NCBI GenBank assembly: GCA_964642285.1
Contig: CAZXOD010000001.1
Span: forward strand, 1-52,536
DNA length: 52,536 nucleotides
Origin: an uncultured Synergistaceae bacterium
Lineage (GTDB): Bacteria > Synergistota > Synergistia > Synergistales > Aminobacteriaceae
Direction: 5' to 3'
The notes beneath the pieces are model-generated. The model had not been told where the DNA came from. It ran no database searches and saw nothing but the letters and a program-made list of their open reading frames with translations. Each line of letters begins with the position of its first letter. Position 1 is the stretch's first letter. This document shows, piece by piece, positions 18,133 to 27,717 of the stretch. A program made the position numbers and the translations under genes.

Positions 18133-18504
18133 GTGCTTCTTCGAAAAGAGTTTACCTTTGACGCCGCTCACAATCTTGTCCAGTACCACGGCAAGTGCGA
18201 ACGGCTTCACGGCCACACCTACAGGCTGGCCGTAATCCTGAAGGGCAGGCCCGATAAAGAGGGCATGATTATTGATTTCTGCGAGGTCTCCTCTCTGGTC
18301 AAAGAGAAGGTCATCTCCAGGCTGGACCATAGCTATATCAACGACATAGTCCCCCAGCCCACTGCCGAGTACATAGCCCGGTGGGTATGGGATCAGGTGG
18401 AGGAACCCCTGCGAAGACCGAACTGCAGGCTGTGGGCCGTAGAGGTATGGGAGACGGCCACCAGCTGCGCCACCTTTACGGAGGAGGACCTGGAAAATGC
18501 GTGA
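18133..18504 (+). CDS. queD: 6-carboxy-5,6,7,8-tetrahydropterin synthase
   Basis: FDAAH..GKCERLHGHTY..LDH..PTAE..WET motifs; start may instead be TTG at 18127. Confidence 0.9.
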   Translation: MLLRKEFTFDAAHNLVQYHGKCERLHGHTYRLAVILKGRPDKEGMIIDFCEVSSLVKEKVISRLDHSYINDIVPQPTAEYIARWVWDQVEEPLRRPNCRLWAVEVWETATSCATFTEEDLENA

Positions 18505-19291
18505 CGTCCAGGCCGAACGAGATGACAGGCGCATCGCCATAGACAGGGTGGGCGTCGGCAACGTCTCCTACCCCATCGTGGTCCTCGACCAGAGGGATAA
18601 TTTTCAGCATACGGTGGCGTCGGTGTCCATGTCCGTGTCCCTCCCCCACGACTACAGGGGAGCCCACATGAGCCGCTTCATAGAGGTGCTGAACGAGTTC
18701 CAGGGAAGGGTTACCCTGGCCTCCATGGAGGCCATCGCCGAGCATCTCCGTACGGTGCTCGACGCGGAGTTCGCGGAAATAAAATTCTCCTTCCCTTACT
18801 TTATATCAAGAAAAGCCCCCGTAACCGGACTGGCCAGCTTTACCAGATACGACGTCTCCTTCACGGCGGTAAAGGGGGAGTTGTCCTTCGACCTGGTGAC
18901 GGAGGTTTCCGTCCCGGTTCAGACTCTCTGCCCCTGCTCGAAGGAGATCTCCGAGGAAGGGGCCCACAACCAGAGAGCCTTCGTAACCATCGCAGTCCGC
19001 ATGGAGGGGCTTGTATGGATCGAAGAGCTTGTGGAAATAGCCGAGAAAAACGCCTCCGCGCCGGTGTACACCCTTCTCAAGCGGGAGGACGAGAAATTCG
19101 TCACTGAGCAGGCCTACCATAACCCCCGCTTTGTGGAGGATGTGCTCCGGGACGCGGCCCTGGCCCTGGAGGCTGAGGACAGGATAACCTGGTACTGCAT
19201 CAGGGTCGTCAGCAATGAGAGCATTCACAACCACGACGCCTTCGCCTCCCTGCAGAGAAACAAAAAAGAGGACGGAGGCGCCGGGGCGTGA
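18497..19291 (+). CDS. folE2: GTP cyclohydrolase I type 2
   Basis: DVQ..GAHMSRF..LCPCSKEIS..AHNQR..LLKREDEK..ESIHNHDA. Confidence 0.93.
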   Translation: MRDVQAERDDRRIAIDRVGVGNVSYPIVVLDQRDNFQHTVASVSMSVSLPHDYRGAHMSRFIEVLNEFQGRVTLASMEAIAEHLRTVLDAEFAEIKFSFPYFISRKAPVTGLASFTRYDVSFTAVKGELSFDLVTEVSVPVQTLCPCSKEISEEGAHNQRAFVTIAVRMEGLVWIEELVEIAEKNASAPVYTLLKREDEKFVTEQAYHNPRFVEDVLRDAALALEAEDRITWYCIRVVSNESIHNHDAFASLQRNKKEDGGAGA

Positions 19292-20259
19292 AGGTCGTAT
19301 TCTGGGGCAGGGAGTTCTCCCGTCTGAGGGAGACCCTGGAAAAAACCCTCGAAGGACGGGAGATCGTCATTGCGAGTACAGACGACGAGGGGGCCCTGGC
19401 GGAAGCGGATATGCTGGTGGTCCGGCCGGTTACGGTGGGCGACGCTCTTTTGTCAAAAGCCCCCCGGCTGAAGCTGGTGCAGCAGTGGGGCGCCGGCGCC
19501 GAGGGGATAGACCTGGAAGCCTGTTCCCGCCGGGGCGTTTACGCCTGCAACGTGCCCTCCATAGGCATGGGAAACGCTGAGGGGGTGGCGGAAGTTGCCT
19601 TCCTGCACATGCTCATCCTGGCGAAACGGTTTTTCCGTTCCAGGGAGAAGCTGCTTGAGGGCAAGGTTTACACTCCGCCGGGGGTTGCTCTTTGGGGGAA
19701 GACGGCCTGCGTCATAGGCCTGGGGAACGTAGGGAGGACCGTCGCCCTCAGAATGAAGGCCTTCGGCATGACCGTGAGGGGCGTAAACCGCACTCCCCTG
19801 CGGGATCCCGCCTCGTGGGGGGTGGACGAATGCCTCCCCCTGTCAGAACTTACAGAGGCCGTCCGGGGCGCCAGGTTTGTTGTGTCGGCCCTGGCCCTTG
19901 CCCCCGGCACCGAAGGCATCCTGGACGAGGCTTTCTTCAGGGCCATGGACCGGGACGCTCTTTTCATCAACGTGGCCCGGGGAGGAATTGTGGATAAAGA
20001 GGCTCTGCTTCGGGCCCTTAACGAGGAGTGGATTATGGGCGCGGGGCTCGACGTGCTTTGGGAAGAGCCCCACAGGGCGGACGACCCCTTTCTGAGCCAC
20101 CCCCGGGCGTCGGTTACCCCTCACATCGGCGGAGTGAACGACGCGGCCATGGAGGGAACGCTGAAGTTTATCGCCCGCAACGCGGCCCTGATCGCGGAGG
20201 GACGGGAGCCTGCGGGCCTGCTTAACAAAAAAGACAGGGAACGGGCGGAGAATTATTGA
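19288..20259 (+). CDS. D-isomer-specific 2-hydroxyacid dehydrogenase family protein
   Basis: GLGNVG Rossmann motif; NVARG, LDV..EEP and TPHIGG (Arg-Glu-His catalytic set). Confidence 0.88.
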   Translation: MKVVFWGREFSRLRETLEKTLEGREIVIASTDDEGALAEADMLVVRPVTVGDALLSKAPRLKLVQQWGAGAEGIDLEACSRRGVYACNVPSIGMGNAEGVAEVAFLHMLILAKRFFRSREKLLEGKVYTPPGVALWGKTACVIGLGNVGRTVALRMKAFGMTVRGVNRTPLRDPASWGVDECLPLSELTEAVRGARFVVSALALAPGTEGILDEAFFRAMDRDALFINVARGGIVDKEALLRALNEEWIMGAGLDVLWEEPHRADDPFLSHPRASVTPHIGGVNDAAMEGTLKFIARNAALIAEGREPAGLLNKKDRERAENY

Positions 20260-21182
20260 TTGAAAGAATAAAGGTTCTGTTCAGAAAAATACTGTATTTT
20301 TCCCTGGTGCTCCTCATTGCGGTAGGGGCGGTCAACGCCTATTTTCTCTGGTGGGAGCTGCGGGATTCCATGAATCCCGATCTTGTGGCGGCCGTGGCCT
20401 ATACCCATGCCGACCGGATCCCGGCAAGGGCGATCCTCTTCTGGCGGGAGGAGACCGTTGCCTCGCGGTGGGCCGGCGCCGTCTCCTATCCGTCCATGTC
20501 TCCGGGAAGGGTCGGCAAGGGCGATACGGTGGCGGTGGTGGACGGCCCTTCGGGTAAGATGGCCTTAAAGGCGGAAAAGGCCGGCTATTTTGTGCCTGCC
20601 CTTGACGGCGCCGAGGGGCAGTGGAGCTACTCGGCCTTCTGGGCGAGCATGGATCCTCTCCCCAGTTCCCCTAAAGCAGTCTTCTTCCAGTCCGGACACA
20701 GGGCGGAGAAGGGGACGGCAGTGGGCAAGCTGGCGCCCCAGCCCCAGGAGCTTCGCTGCATCCTCTACGCCGACGCTGCTCCTCCCCTGGTCCGCGACGT
20801 TAAAAGGGGCTTTGTCCGGGTGAAAACCAGGAGGGACGAATGGCCCTTATGGGCGGAGGTTAGAGCGGCGAGGTTCAGGGATTCCAAGGTAAAACTCTAT
20901 CTGACTCTGCCTTTTTTCCCGTCGGAGGCTGTTCTCTCCAGGGAGCTTGACCTCATCCTTGAGACGGGAGAGAAGACCGGGGTGGCCGTGCCGGAGTCGG
21001 CGGTTACAATTCGGGACGGGAGGCTGGGAGTCCTGATGGTGGACGACGGCGTTCACTTCAAGCAGGTGAGGGGCGTGCCGGTGGAAGAGGGAAGATTTTT
21101 CATCGACGAAGGACTTAGTCCCGGACAAATAGTTGTGCTTAATGCTCAGAGCGGAAAGGAAGGGAAAATCCGTCTATGGTAA
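20256..21182 (+). CDS. Membrane-anchored HlyD/periplasmic-adaptor-like protein
   Basis: N-terminal TM helix, lipoyl-like RVGKGDTVA segment, C-terminal GVAVPESAV..GLSPGQIVV; precedes yggS. Confidence 0.6.
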   Translation: MIERIKVLFRKILYFSLVLLIAVGAVNAYFLWWELRDSMNPDLVAAVAYTHADRIPARAILFWREETVASRWAGAVSYPSMSPGRVGKGDTVAVVDGPSGKMALKAEKAGYFVPALDGAEGQWSYSAFWASMDPLPSSPKAVFFQSGHRAEKGTAVGKLAPQPQELRCILYADAAPPLVRDVKRGFVRVKTRRDEWPLWAEVRAARFRDSKVKLYLTLPFFPSEAVLSRELDLILETGEKTGVAVPESAVTIRDGRLGVLMVDDGVHFKQVRGVPVEEGRFFIDEGLSPGQIVVLNAQSGKEGKIRLW

Positions 21183-21871
21183 CCAGCATTAAAGATAATC
21201 TGGAAAAAATCAGGGAAGAGATAGGAGCGGCCGCCGCGAGCTGCGGCAGGCTGGAGGAGGACATCCTCCTGGTGGCCGTTACCAAGACCCGGTCAATAGA
21301 GGAGATAAAGGAGGCCGCGTCCTTAGGCCTTACATCGGTGGGAGAGAACAGGGTTCAGGAGCTGGCGGAAAAGCGGGCCCTGTGGCCCGGGGGGGACTTT
21401 TTGCAGTGGCGGCTTATCGGCCACCTGCAGAGGAACAAGGCCAGGAGGGCTCTGACCGCCGCCGCGGCCATTGATTCCCTGGACTCTCCCCAGCTTGCCT
21501 CCACCCTGTCCCGAATAGCGGCGGAAGAGGGTAAAACGGTTCCGGTCCTTATAGAAGTCAACACGTCCGGGGAGGCATCCAAGCACGGAATAGCCCCGGA
21601 AAAGGTGGAGGAATTTCTGGAGTGGGTTGTGGAAAACTGCCCCTCCCTGCGGCCGGAGGGTTTTATGACCGTCGGGCCTTTAGGCGGGGACGAGGGCCAT
21701 GTGAGAAGGTCCTTCGCCCTTCTCCGGTCCATTGGCGAAGCTGCCAGGGCCCGGTCGGGACTGGCTCTGCCTGAGCTGTCCATGGGCATGAGCGGCGATT
21801 TTGCGTGGGCGATTGCCGAGGGAAGCACTATGGTGCGCATAGGATCTTCAATCTTCGGCCCCAGAGGCTAA
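21176..21871 (+). CDS. yggS: PLP homeostasis protein (YggS/YlmE)
   Basis: LVAVTK, GENRVQE, IGHLQRNK, LSMGMSGDF, GSTMVRIGSSIFG. Confidence 0.95.
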   Translation: MVTSIKDNLEKIREEIGAAAASCGRLEEDILLVAVTKTRSIEEIKEAASLGLTSVGENRVQELAEKRALWPGGDFLQWRLIGHLQRNKARRALTAAAAIDSLDSPQLASTLSRIAAEEGKTVPVLIEVNTSGEASKHGIAPEKVEEFLEWVVENCPSLRPEGFMTVGPLGGDEGHVRRSFALLRSIGEAARARSGLALPELSMGMSGDFAWAIAEGSTMVRIGSSIFGPRG

Positions 21872-21888
21872 AGAGGCGGGTGAAGACA

Positions 21889-22278
21889 ATGCTTGAACGG
21901 CTCATGTCGCTGCTGGGCCTTGTGGACTCTGACGGCGACGATTATGAAGAATACGGGGAGGCGGAATACCGCCCGGACCTGGAGGAGAGAGAAGAGCGGG
22001 TTCTGCGCCCTCCCGCGGGAGAGTCCGATCTGATTATCTTCCGGGGTTCCGAAGGCCAGGACAGGAAGGAAGAGCTGGGAGAGGCGCTGAGAAAGGGAAA
22101 GATGATCATCGCCGACCTAAGGGGGATGGACCGGGAGAGCGGGCAGAGCCTTCTCGATTTTCTGTGCGGGGCGGCCTTCGCGAACAGGGGCGCAGTGCTC
22201 AGGCTGGCCGGAGGAATCTTCATCGCTTCGCCCAGGAAGACAATGATAGAGGAATGGGAGGACGAAAATGGCGCCTGA
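21889..22278 (+). CDS. sepF: Cell division protein SepF
   Basis: N-terminal amphipathic helix MLERLMSLLG, acidic linker, LLDFLCGAAFA.RG; sits between yggS and divIVA. Confidence 0.85.
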   Translation: MLERLMSLLGLVDSDGDDYEEYGEAEYRPDLEEREERVLRPPAGESDLIIFRGSEGQDRKEELGEALRKGKMIIADLRGMDRESGQSLLDFLCGAAFANRGAVLRLAGGIFIASPRKTMIEEWEDENGA

Positions 22279-22753
22279 TCTTTTGACCGCCCGGGACATT
22301 GAAAGCAAGTTTTTCTCAAGGGGCATGAGGGGCTACTCAGTAAACGAAGTGGATGAATTTCTCGACCGGGTGGCGGAGGATATTCAGGAGTACGCCCTCA
22401 GGTGCGTGGACCTGGAGCGTTCGCTGGCAAGGGTTGAAGAACAGATAAAAGAGTACGTCAATCTCAAGGATACCCTCCAGGAGACTCTGCTTATGGCTCA
22501 AAAGAGCGCAGAGGCAAAGGAAGAAGCGGCGGCAAGACAGGCCGAGAGCCTCATCGCCGAGGCCCGGATCAGGGCCGAGCAGATATTGCAGGAGGCCGCC
22601 TCCGTCAGAGAGGCGGAGAGGAGAGAGATCCTCCGGCTGAAACATATGAAGCAGGAGTTCAGGGCGGAATTCAGGGCCCTTCTCTCCAGGTTCGCTTCCC
22701 TCGCCGAGGGGGATGACGAAACCCTGACGGAGGAGGAAGGAACCTCCCGGTGA
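22268..22753 (+). CDS. divIVA: DivIVA domain protein
   Basis: LTARDIESKFF..MRGYSVNEVDEFLD followed by a coiled coil. Confidence 0.9.
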   Translation: MAPDLLTARDIESKFFSRGMRGYSVNEVDEFLDRVAEDIQEYALRCVDLERSLARVEEQIKEYVNLKDTLQETLLMAQKSAEAKEEAAARQAESLIAEARIRAEQILQEAASVREAERREILRLKHMKQEFRAEFRALLSRFASLAEGDDETLTEEEGTSR

Positions 22754-24825
22754 AGGAAAAAGGCCGCTCTCTTACCGATTCCGTCCGCTACGTCAAAGGG
22801 GTGGGCCCGGCCAGAGAGGCGATGCTCTCCCGTATGGGGGTGACCACCGCCGAGGATCTGATGCTCCTCTTTCCGGCCCGGTACGAGGACAGGCGCAGCC
22901 TGACCTCCATCGAATCCCTGCGGGAGGGAGAGACGGTGTCGGTGGTGGCGCGGGTAGCGGCTCTTGAGCGGCGAAAAACTTCTAAGAAAAACCTGACCGT
23001 AATAACCGCCCTCGTCTCCGACGGACAGGCCATGGCCAGGGCCGTGTGGTTCAACAGAGTGGGCCTTGAAAAGGTTCTCCTTCCCGGAGTGAGGGTCCTC
23101 CTTTACGGCAGGGCGGATTACCGGGGAGGGTCGGTCCAGCTGACCAACCCCGAGTTCGAGATTCTCGATGAGGATGAGGACGCAGTCGATTCCCTCTCCA
23201 TCGTGCCGGTCTACCCAGCCACGGCGGGACTGTCCCAGAAGGCCCTGCGCAGGATGACCGCCGCCGCCCTGGATGAGTTTCTGCCCTTTCTTGACGAATA
23301 CCTTCCCGAAGAATTAAAGTCCAGGCTGGCTCTGCCCGGCATCGGAGAGTCCGTCCGGGAGCTTCACTACCCCGTCTCCCGGGAGGGGTGGAAGGCCGCC
23401 AGAAAACGCCTTGCCTTTGACGAATTTTTTCTGCTCCAGACGGGACTGGCCCTGCGCCGCAAAAAAACTGGCGACTGGGCTCCCCCGGCGCCCTCTCTGC
23501 CTCCCGGCAGACTGGTAAAGGAGTGCCTCGCCAGGCTGCCCTTTACCCTCACCGGAGGACAGAAAGAGGCCGCAGAAGAGATATTCTCCGATATGTCCAG
23601 GACCGTGCCCATGCATCGTCTTCTCCAGGGGGACGTGGGGTCGGGCAAGACGGCCGTCGCGCTGCTGGCCCTGCTTGCCGCCATGGACGGGGGATGCCAG
23701 GGAGCTTTCCTGGCGCCCACGGAAATCCTGGCCAGGCAGCACTACCAGCGCCTTGCGCCTATGATCGAATCTCTGGGCGGGCGGTGCGCCCTTCTCACCG
23801 GGGCCCTTCCGGCGGGAGAGAGGCGGGAGATACAGGAAGGTCTGGAATCAGGAGAAATTTCCGTGGCCATAGGAACTCACGCCCTGATCTCGGAGAAGAC
23901 GGTCTTCGCCAGGATGGGAGCGGCCATCGTGGACGAACAGCACCGCTTCGGAGTCCTGCAGAAGCACGCCTTCAGGTCCAAGGGCGAGAGCCCCCATGTC
24001 CTCGTCATGACCGCCACCCCCATTCCAAGAACCCTCACCCTCACCGTCTACGGCGACCTTGCCGTATCCGTAATAAAGGACCTGCCCCCGGGAAGAATTC
24101 CCGTGGAGACAAGAGTCGTGCCGGCAAAGAAGATGGACGGGCTGCTCTCTTTCATAGAGGAGCGGGTCGGCGCGGGGGAGAGATGCTACTGGGTCTGCCC
24201 CCTGATCGAGGAAAGCGAAAAACTTGACCTTGCCGCCGCCGAGGCCAGGTTCGCCGAGCTGTCGGACCGTTTCCCCTCCCTTGGTGTAGGGCTCCTTCAC
24301 GGCCGCCTGCCCCAGGCTGAAAAGGAAAGGGTAATGGAGGACTTCCAGCAGGGCAGAATTTCTTTGCTGGTATCCACCACCGTGGTGGAGGTAGGGGTGG
24401 ACGTGCCGGAGGCCGCCATCATGGTGGTGGAGGATGCCGTCCGGTTCGGCCTCTCCCAGCTTCACCAGCTCAGGGGCAGAGTGGGCCGGGGCGGGACCAG
24501 ATCGTGGTGCTTTCTGCTCGCCTCCCCCGCGACCCCCGAGGCAAGGCAGCGCATCGAGGCCTTCTGCTCCTCCTCCGACGGATTTGCCCTCGCTGAGGCG
24601 GACCTGAGGCTTAGGGGCCCGGGCGAGGTGTGCGGCGTCCGACAGTCGGGGGTGACGGATTTCAGGGTGGCGGACCTGATAAAGGACAGGGCCATCCTGG
24701 ATACGGCCAGAAAAGAGGCCTTCAGCCTCGTGGAAAAGGATCCGGAACTGCATTCCTGTCCTGAACTTAAAGAACGGCTCTACGCCAGACTGGGGAGGTC
24801 TCTGAACCTTGTGGAAACCGCCTGA
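22750..24825 (+). CDS. recG: ATP-dependent DNA helicase RecG
   Basis: LQGDVGSGKT, DEQHRFG, MTATPIPRTL, QLHQLRGRVGRG, DLRLRGPGE. Confidence 0.97.
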   Translation: MKEKGRSLTDSVRYVKGVGPAREAMLSRMGVTTAEDLMLLFPARYEDRRSLTSIESLREGETVSVVARVAALERRKTSKKNLTVITALVSDGQAMARAVWFNRVGLEKVLLPGVRVLLYGRADYRGGSVQLTNPEFEILDEDEDAVDSLSIVPVYPATAGLSQKALRRMTAAALDEFLPFLDEYLPEELKSRLALPGIGESVRELHYPVSREGWKAARKRLAFDEFFLLQTGLALRRKKTGDWAPPAPSLPPGRLVKECLARLPFTLTGGQKEAAEEIFSDMSRTVPMHRLLQGDVGSGKTAVALLALLAAMDGGCQGAFLAPTEILARQHYQRLAPMIESLGGRCALLTGALPAGERREIQEGLESGEISVAIGTHALISEKTVFARMGAAIVDEQHRFGVLQKHAFRSKGESPHVLVMTATPIPRTLTLTVYGDLAVSVIKDLPPGRIPVETRVVPAKKMDGLLSFIEERVGAGERCYWVCPLIEESEKLDLAAAEARFAELSDRFPSLGVGLLHGRLPQAEKERVMEDFQQGRISLLVSTTVVEVGVDVPEAAIMVVEDAVRFGLSQLHQLRGRVGRGGTRSWCFLLASPATPEARQRIEAFCSSSDGFALAEADLRLRGPGEVCGVRQSGVTDFRVADLIKDRAILDTARKEAFSLVEKDPELHSCPELKERLYARLGRSLNLVETA

Positions 24826-25261
24826 GGACGACGGCCTCGAAAAATACCTTCTGAATCTTCTCTCCAGGAGGGCGCTCCCCTCCGCTCAGGCCCGGGAAAA
24901 ACTGGCCGCCAGGGGGGCGGACCCTGAAAGGGCGGAAGAGCTGATCGAGCGGTTCACTGAGGCCGGGTACCTGGACGACAGAGCCTACGCCCAGCTGTAT
25001 GTTGAATCCCATCCTGAATGGGGTCGGCGGCGGCTGAGGGACGAGCTCAGGAGGAGGGGCGTAAAAAGCGGTTTTATCCTGGAGGCGCTGGAGGAGGCGG
25101 ACGAAGAGAGCCGTGCCGCCGACCTCGCCTCTGAGTGGGCCGGGTACGGGACGGAGGAGAAAAAGATAGTCGGGCGCCTGCTTCGGCGGGGCTTTCCCTT
25201 ACCTTTAAGTATAGAAGTTGCCAAAAGGGCTTGTGGCCCTGAGGACGTCAATGTAAAATAG
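24809..25261 (+). CDS. recX: Regulatory protein RecX
   Basis: LLSRR..KL..GYLDD..YA..G..RLRDELRRRG..LLRRGF three-helix repeats. Confidence 0.85.
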   Translation: MWKPPEDDGLEKYLLNLLSRRALPSAQAREKLAARGADPERAEELIERFTEAGYLDDRAYAQLYVESHPEWGRRRLRDELRRRGVKSGFILEALEEADEESRAADLASEWAGYGTEEKKIVGRLLRRGFPLPLSIEVAKRACGPEDVNVK

Positions 25262-25339
25262 AACAAAGTGCGGAGGGGGAATATTCTTTTCTCTCTCCAC
25301 GCACCTTGAAAATATATATTGAGGAGTGATTACAGCACC

Positions 25340-26881
25340 ATGAACTATTTGACGGCAGTGCTGGCAATAATACTTGGAGTTGCCGCCGGAACGGGGGCGG
25401 GATTCCTTCTTTCCAAAACTCTCGGGGCCAGAAAAATCGAAGGCGCCAGGGCCCAGGCCAGAAACATACTCAGGGAGGCCCAGACGTCGGCGGAGCACTT
25501 AAAAAGGGAAAAGCTCACCGAAGCCAGGGAAGAGATCTTCAAACTCAGACAGGAAGTTGAGAGGGAAGGCAAGGAGCGGCGCAGCGAGCTCCAGAGAGCC
25601 GAAAGGCGCATGGAGCAGAAGGAAGAAAATCTCGACCGCAAGCTCGACCGGGTAGCTCACCGGGAGGAAGAGCTGAAGGGCAGGCAGGAAGAACTTGAAG
25701 GCCGGATGCTCGAAGTGGAAGAGATAAAACGGAAACAGATGGAGCGCCTCGAGGAAATTGCCGGTATGACCAGGGAAGACGCGAAGGACTTGCTCCTCCG
25801 GCAGACCGAGGAGGACGCTAAACACATCCTGGGCCTCAGGCTCAAGGAGCTTGAGGAGAAAGCCCGCCGGGAGGCCGACAGAAAGGCCAGGGAGATCATT
25901 GTAACGGCAATTCAGCGGTGTGCCGTGGAGCACACATCTGAGGCGGCCGTCAGCGTGGTTCACCTTCCGTCGGACGAGATGAAGGGCAGAATCATCGGCA
26001 GGGAGGGGCGCAACATAAGGACCTTCGAAACCCTGGCGGGAGTCGACCTCATAGTGGACGACACCCCCGAGGCGGTCACCCTCAGCAGCTTCGACCCCGT
26101 CCGCAGAGAGGTGGCGCGGCTGTCCCTGGAGCGCCTCGTGACCGACGGCAGGATTCACCCGGCCAGGATCGAGGAGCTGATCGAAAAGGCCGCCAGGGAA
26201 GTGGAAGAGCAGATAATCGAGGCCGGCGAAAGCGCCCTTCTCGAAACGGGGATCAAGAACATGCACTCCGAACTGGTCCGCACTCTGGGGCAGCTCAAAT
26301 TCCGGTTCAGCTACGGGCAGAACGCGCTTCAGCACAGCCTTGAAGTGGCCTATATCTCCGGCATGATCGCGGCCGAACTGGGCCTGGACGAGGAGACCGC
26401 CCGCAGAGCCGGGCTGCTTCACGACCTTGGCAAGGCCGTAGACCACCAGATTGAAGGTCCCCACGCCCTCATCGGGGCGGACCTGGCCCGCAGGTACAAC
26501 GAGGCCCCCGAAATAGTCAACGCCATCGCCTCCCACCACGAGGACCAGGAGGCAAAGAGCATCTACGACGTGATCGTCGCCGCGGCCGACGCGGTAAGCG
26601 CATCCCGCCCCGGCGCCCGCAGGGAGAGCCTGGACGCTTACGTAAAGCGTCTTGAAAAGCTCGAAGAGCTGGCAAGAGGCTTCAACGGCGTCAGCAAGGC
26701 CTACGCCATCCAGGCGGGCAGGGAAGTCCGGGTGGCAGTGTCGCCAAACATCTCCGACGACGGCGTAGTTCACAAGATAGCCTTCGACATCGCCCGCAAA
26801 ATCGAGGAGGAGATGAAGTACCCGGGGCAGATCAAGGTCACCGTAACCAGGGAGACCAGGGCCACGGAGTACGCGAAGTAA
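25340..26881 (+). CDS. rny: Ribonuclease Y
   Basis: N-terminal TM helix, coiled coil, KH domain ([14 protein letters not shown]), HD domain (LLHDLGK), AIQAGRE. Confidence 0.97.
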   Translation: MNYLTAVLAIILGVAAGTGAGFLLSKTLGARKIEGARAQARNILREAQTSAEHLKREKLTEAREEIFKLRQEVEREGKERRSELQRAERRMEQKEENLDRKLDRVAHREEELKGRQEELEGRMLEVEEIKRKQMERLEEIAGMTREDAKDLLLRQTEEDAKHILGLRLKELEEKARREADRKAREIIVTAIQRCAVEHTSEAAVSVVHLPSDEMKGRIIGREGRNIRTFETLAGVDLIVDDTPEAVTLSSFDPVRREVARLSLERLVTDGRIHPARIEELIEKAAREVEEQIIEAGESALLETGIKNMHSELVRTLGQLKFRFSYGQNALQHSLEVAYISGMIAAELGLDEETARRAGLLHDLGKAVDHQIEGPHALIGADLARRYNEAPEIVNAIASHHEDQEAKSIYDVIVAAADAVSASRPGARRESLDAYVKRLEKLEELARGFNGVSKAYAIQAGREVRVAVSPNISDDGVVHKIAFDIARKIEEEMKYPGQIKVTVTRETRATEYAK

Positions 26882-26888
26882 AAGCGGC

Positions 26889-27668
26889 ATGAGGATATTT
26901 TTCATAGGCGATATTATGGGTAGTCCGGGCAGGAAGGCGACGGCCGCCCTCCTGCCCCGGCTCCGAAAAGAGTACGGCCCCTTCGATTTCGTGATTGCCA
27001 ACTGCGAGAACGCGGCGGCAGGCAAGGGCATAACCCGCAAGGTCGCCGACGAGCTTTTCGCCCTCGGGATAGACGGAATGACCGGCGGGAACCACATTTG
27101 GGACAAGCCCGAGGGGGCGGTTTTGCTGGCGGAGGAGACAAGGATTGTGCGGCCGGCCAATTTCCCCGACGAGTGCCCCGGCAGGGGGCTCATGATACTG
27201 GAAAAAAACGGCGCCCGGCTGGCGGTGGCCAGCCTCCAGGGCAGGGTCTTCATGCCTCCTCTGGACTGTCCCTTTAAAAAGGCGGACGCCCTCCTGGAGG
27301 AGGCGGGGGGAATTCCCCTCTTCCTGGATTTTCACGCCGAGGCCACGTCGGAGAAAAAGGCCCTTGCCCACTATCTTGATGGCCGGGCAGCGGCGGTGGC
27401 GGGGACTCACACCCATGTGCAGACCGCCGATGAGCAGATCCTCCCCCAGGGGACGGCCTACATCACCGATGCGGGGATGACCGGCGGACACATAAGCTCC
27501 ATAGGGATGAAGCTTGAAAGCGTGATCCCGAAGTTCCTGACCGGGATGCCCGCCAAGTTCGAGGTCTCGGGAGAGGGGCCCGCCCTGAACGGGGTTGTCA
27601 TATCCATTGATGGCGCCACGGGGCTGGCAGAGGAAATTGTGAGGATTAACGTAAAGCTGGATGATTAA
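26889..27668 (+). CDS. ymdB: YmdB-family metallophosphoesterase
   Basis: FIGDIMG.PGR, NCENAAAG, GNHIWD, DFHAEATSEK, GTHTHVQTAD; rny-ymdB synteny. Confidence 0.92.
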   Translation: MRIFFIGDIMGSPGRKATAALLPRLRKEYGPFDFVIANCENAAAGKGITRKVADELFALGIDGMTGGNHIWDKPEGAVLLAEETRIVRPANFPDECPGRGLMILEKNGARLAVASLQGRVFMPPLDCPFKKADALLEEAGGIPLFLDFHAEATSEKKALAHYLDGRAAAVAGTHTHVQTADEQILPQGTAYITDAGMTGGHISSIGMKLESVIPKFLTGMPAKFEVSGEGPALNGVVISIDGATGLAEEIVRINVKLDD

Positions 27669-27717
27669 AAAAATAGCGGACGGAGAGAGGAAACTCACCC
27701 CGTCCGCTATTTTTTTT
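27667..27717. terminator. Bidirectional intrinsic terminator between convergent ymdB and hypE
   Basis: AAAAAAATAGCGGACGG ... CCGTCCGCTATTTTTTT. Confidence 0.88.

Noticed and set aside
25499-27253. Long antisense ORFs (this 584-aa one, and also 5974-7371, 1827-3032, 39940-41247, 38547-39611)
   Set aside because: They shadow well-conserved plus-strand genes in GC-rich DNA and show no protein motifs
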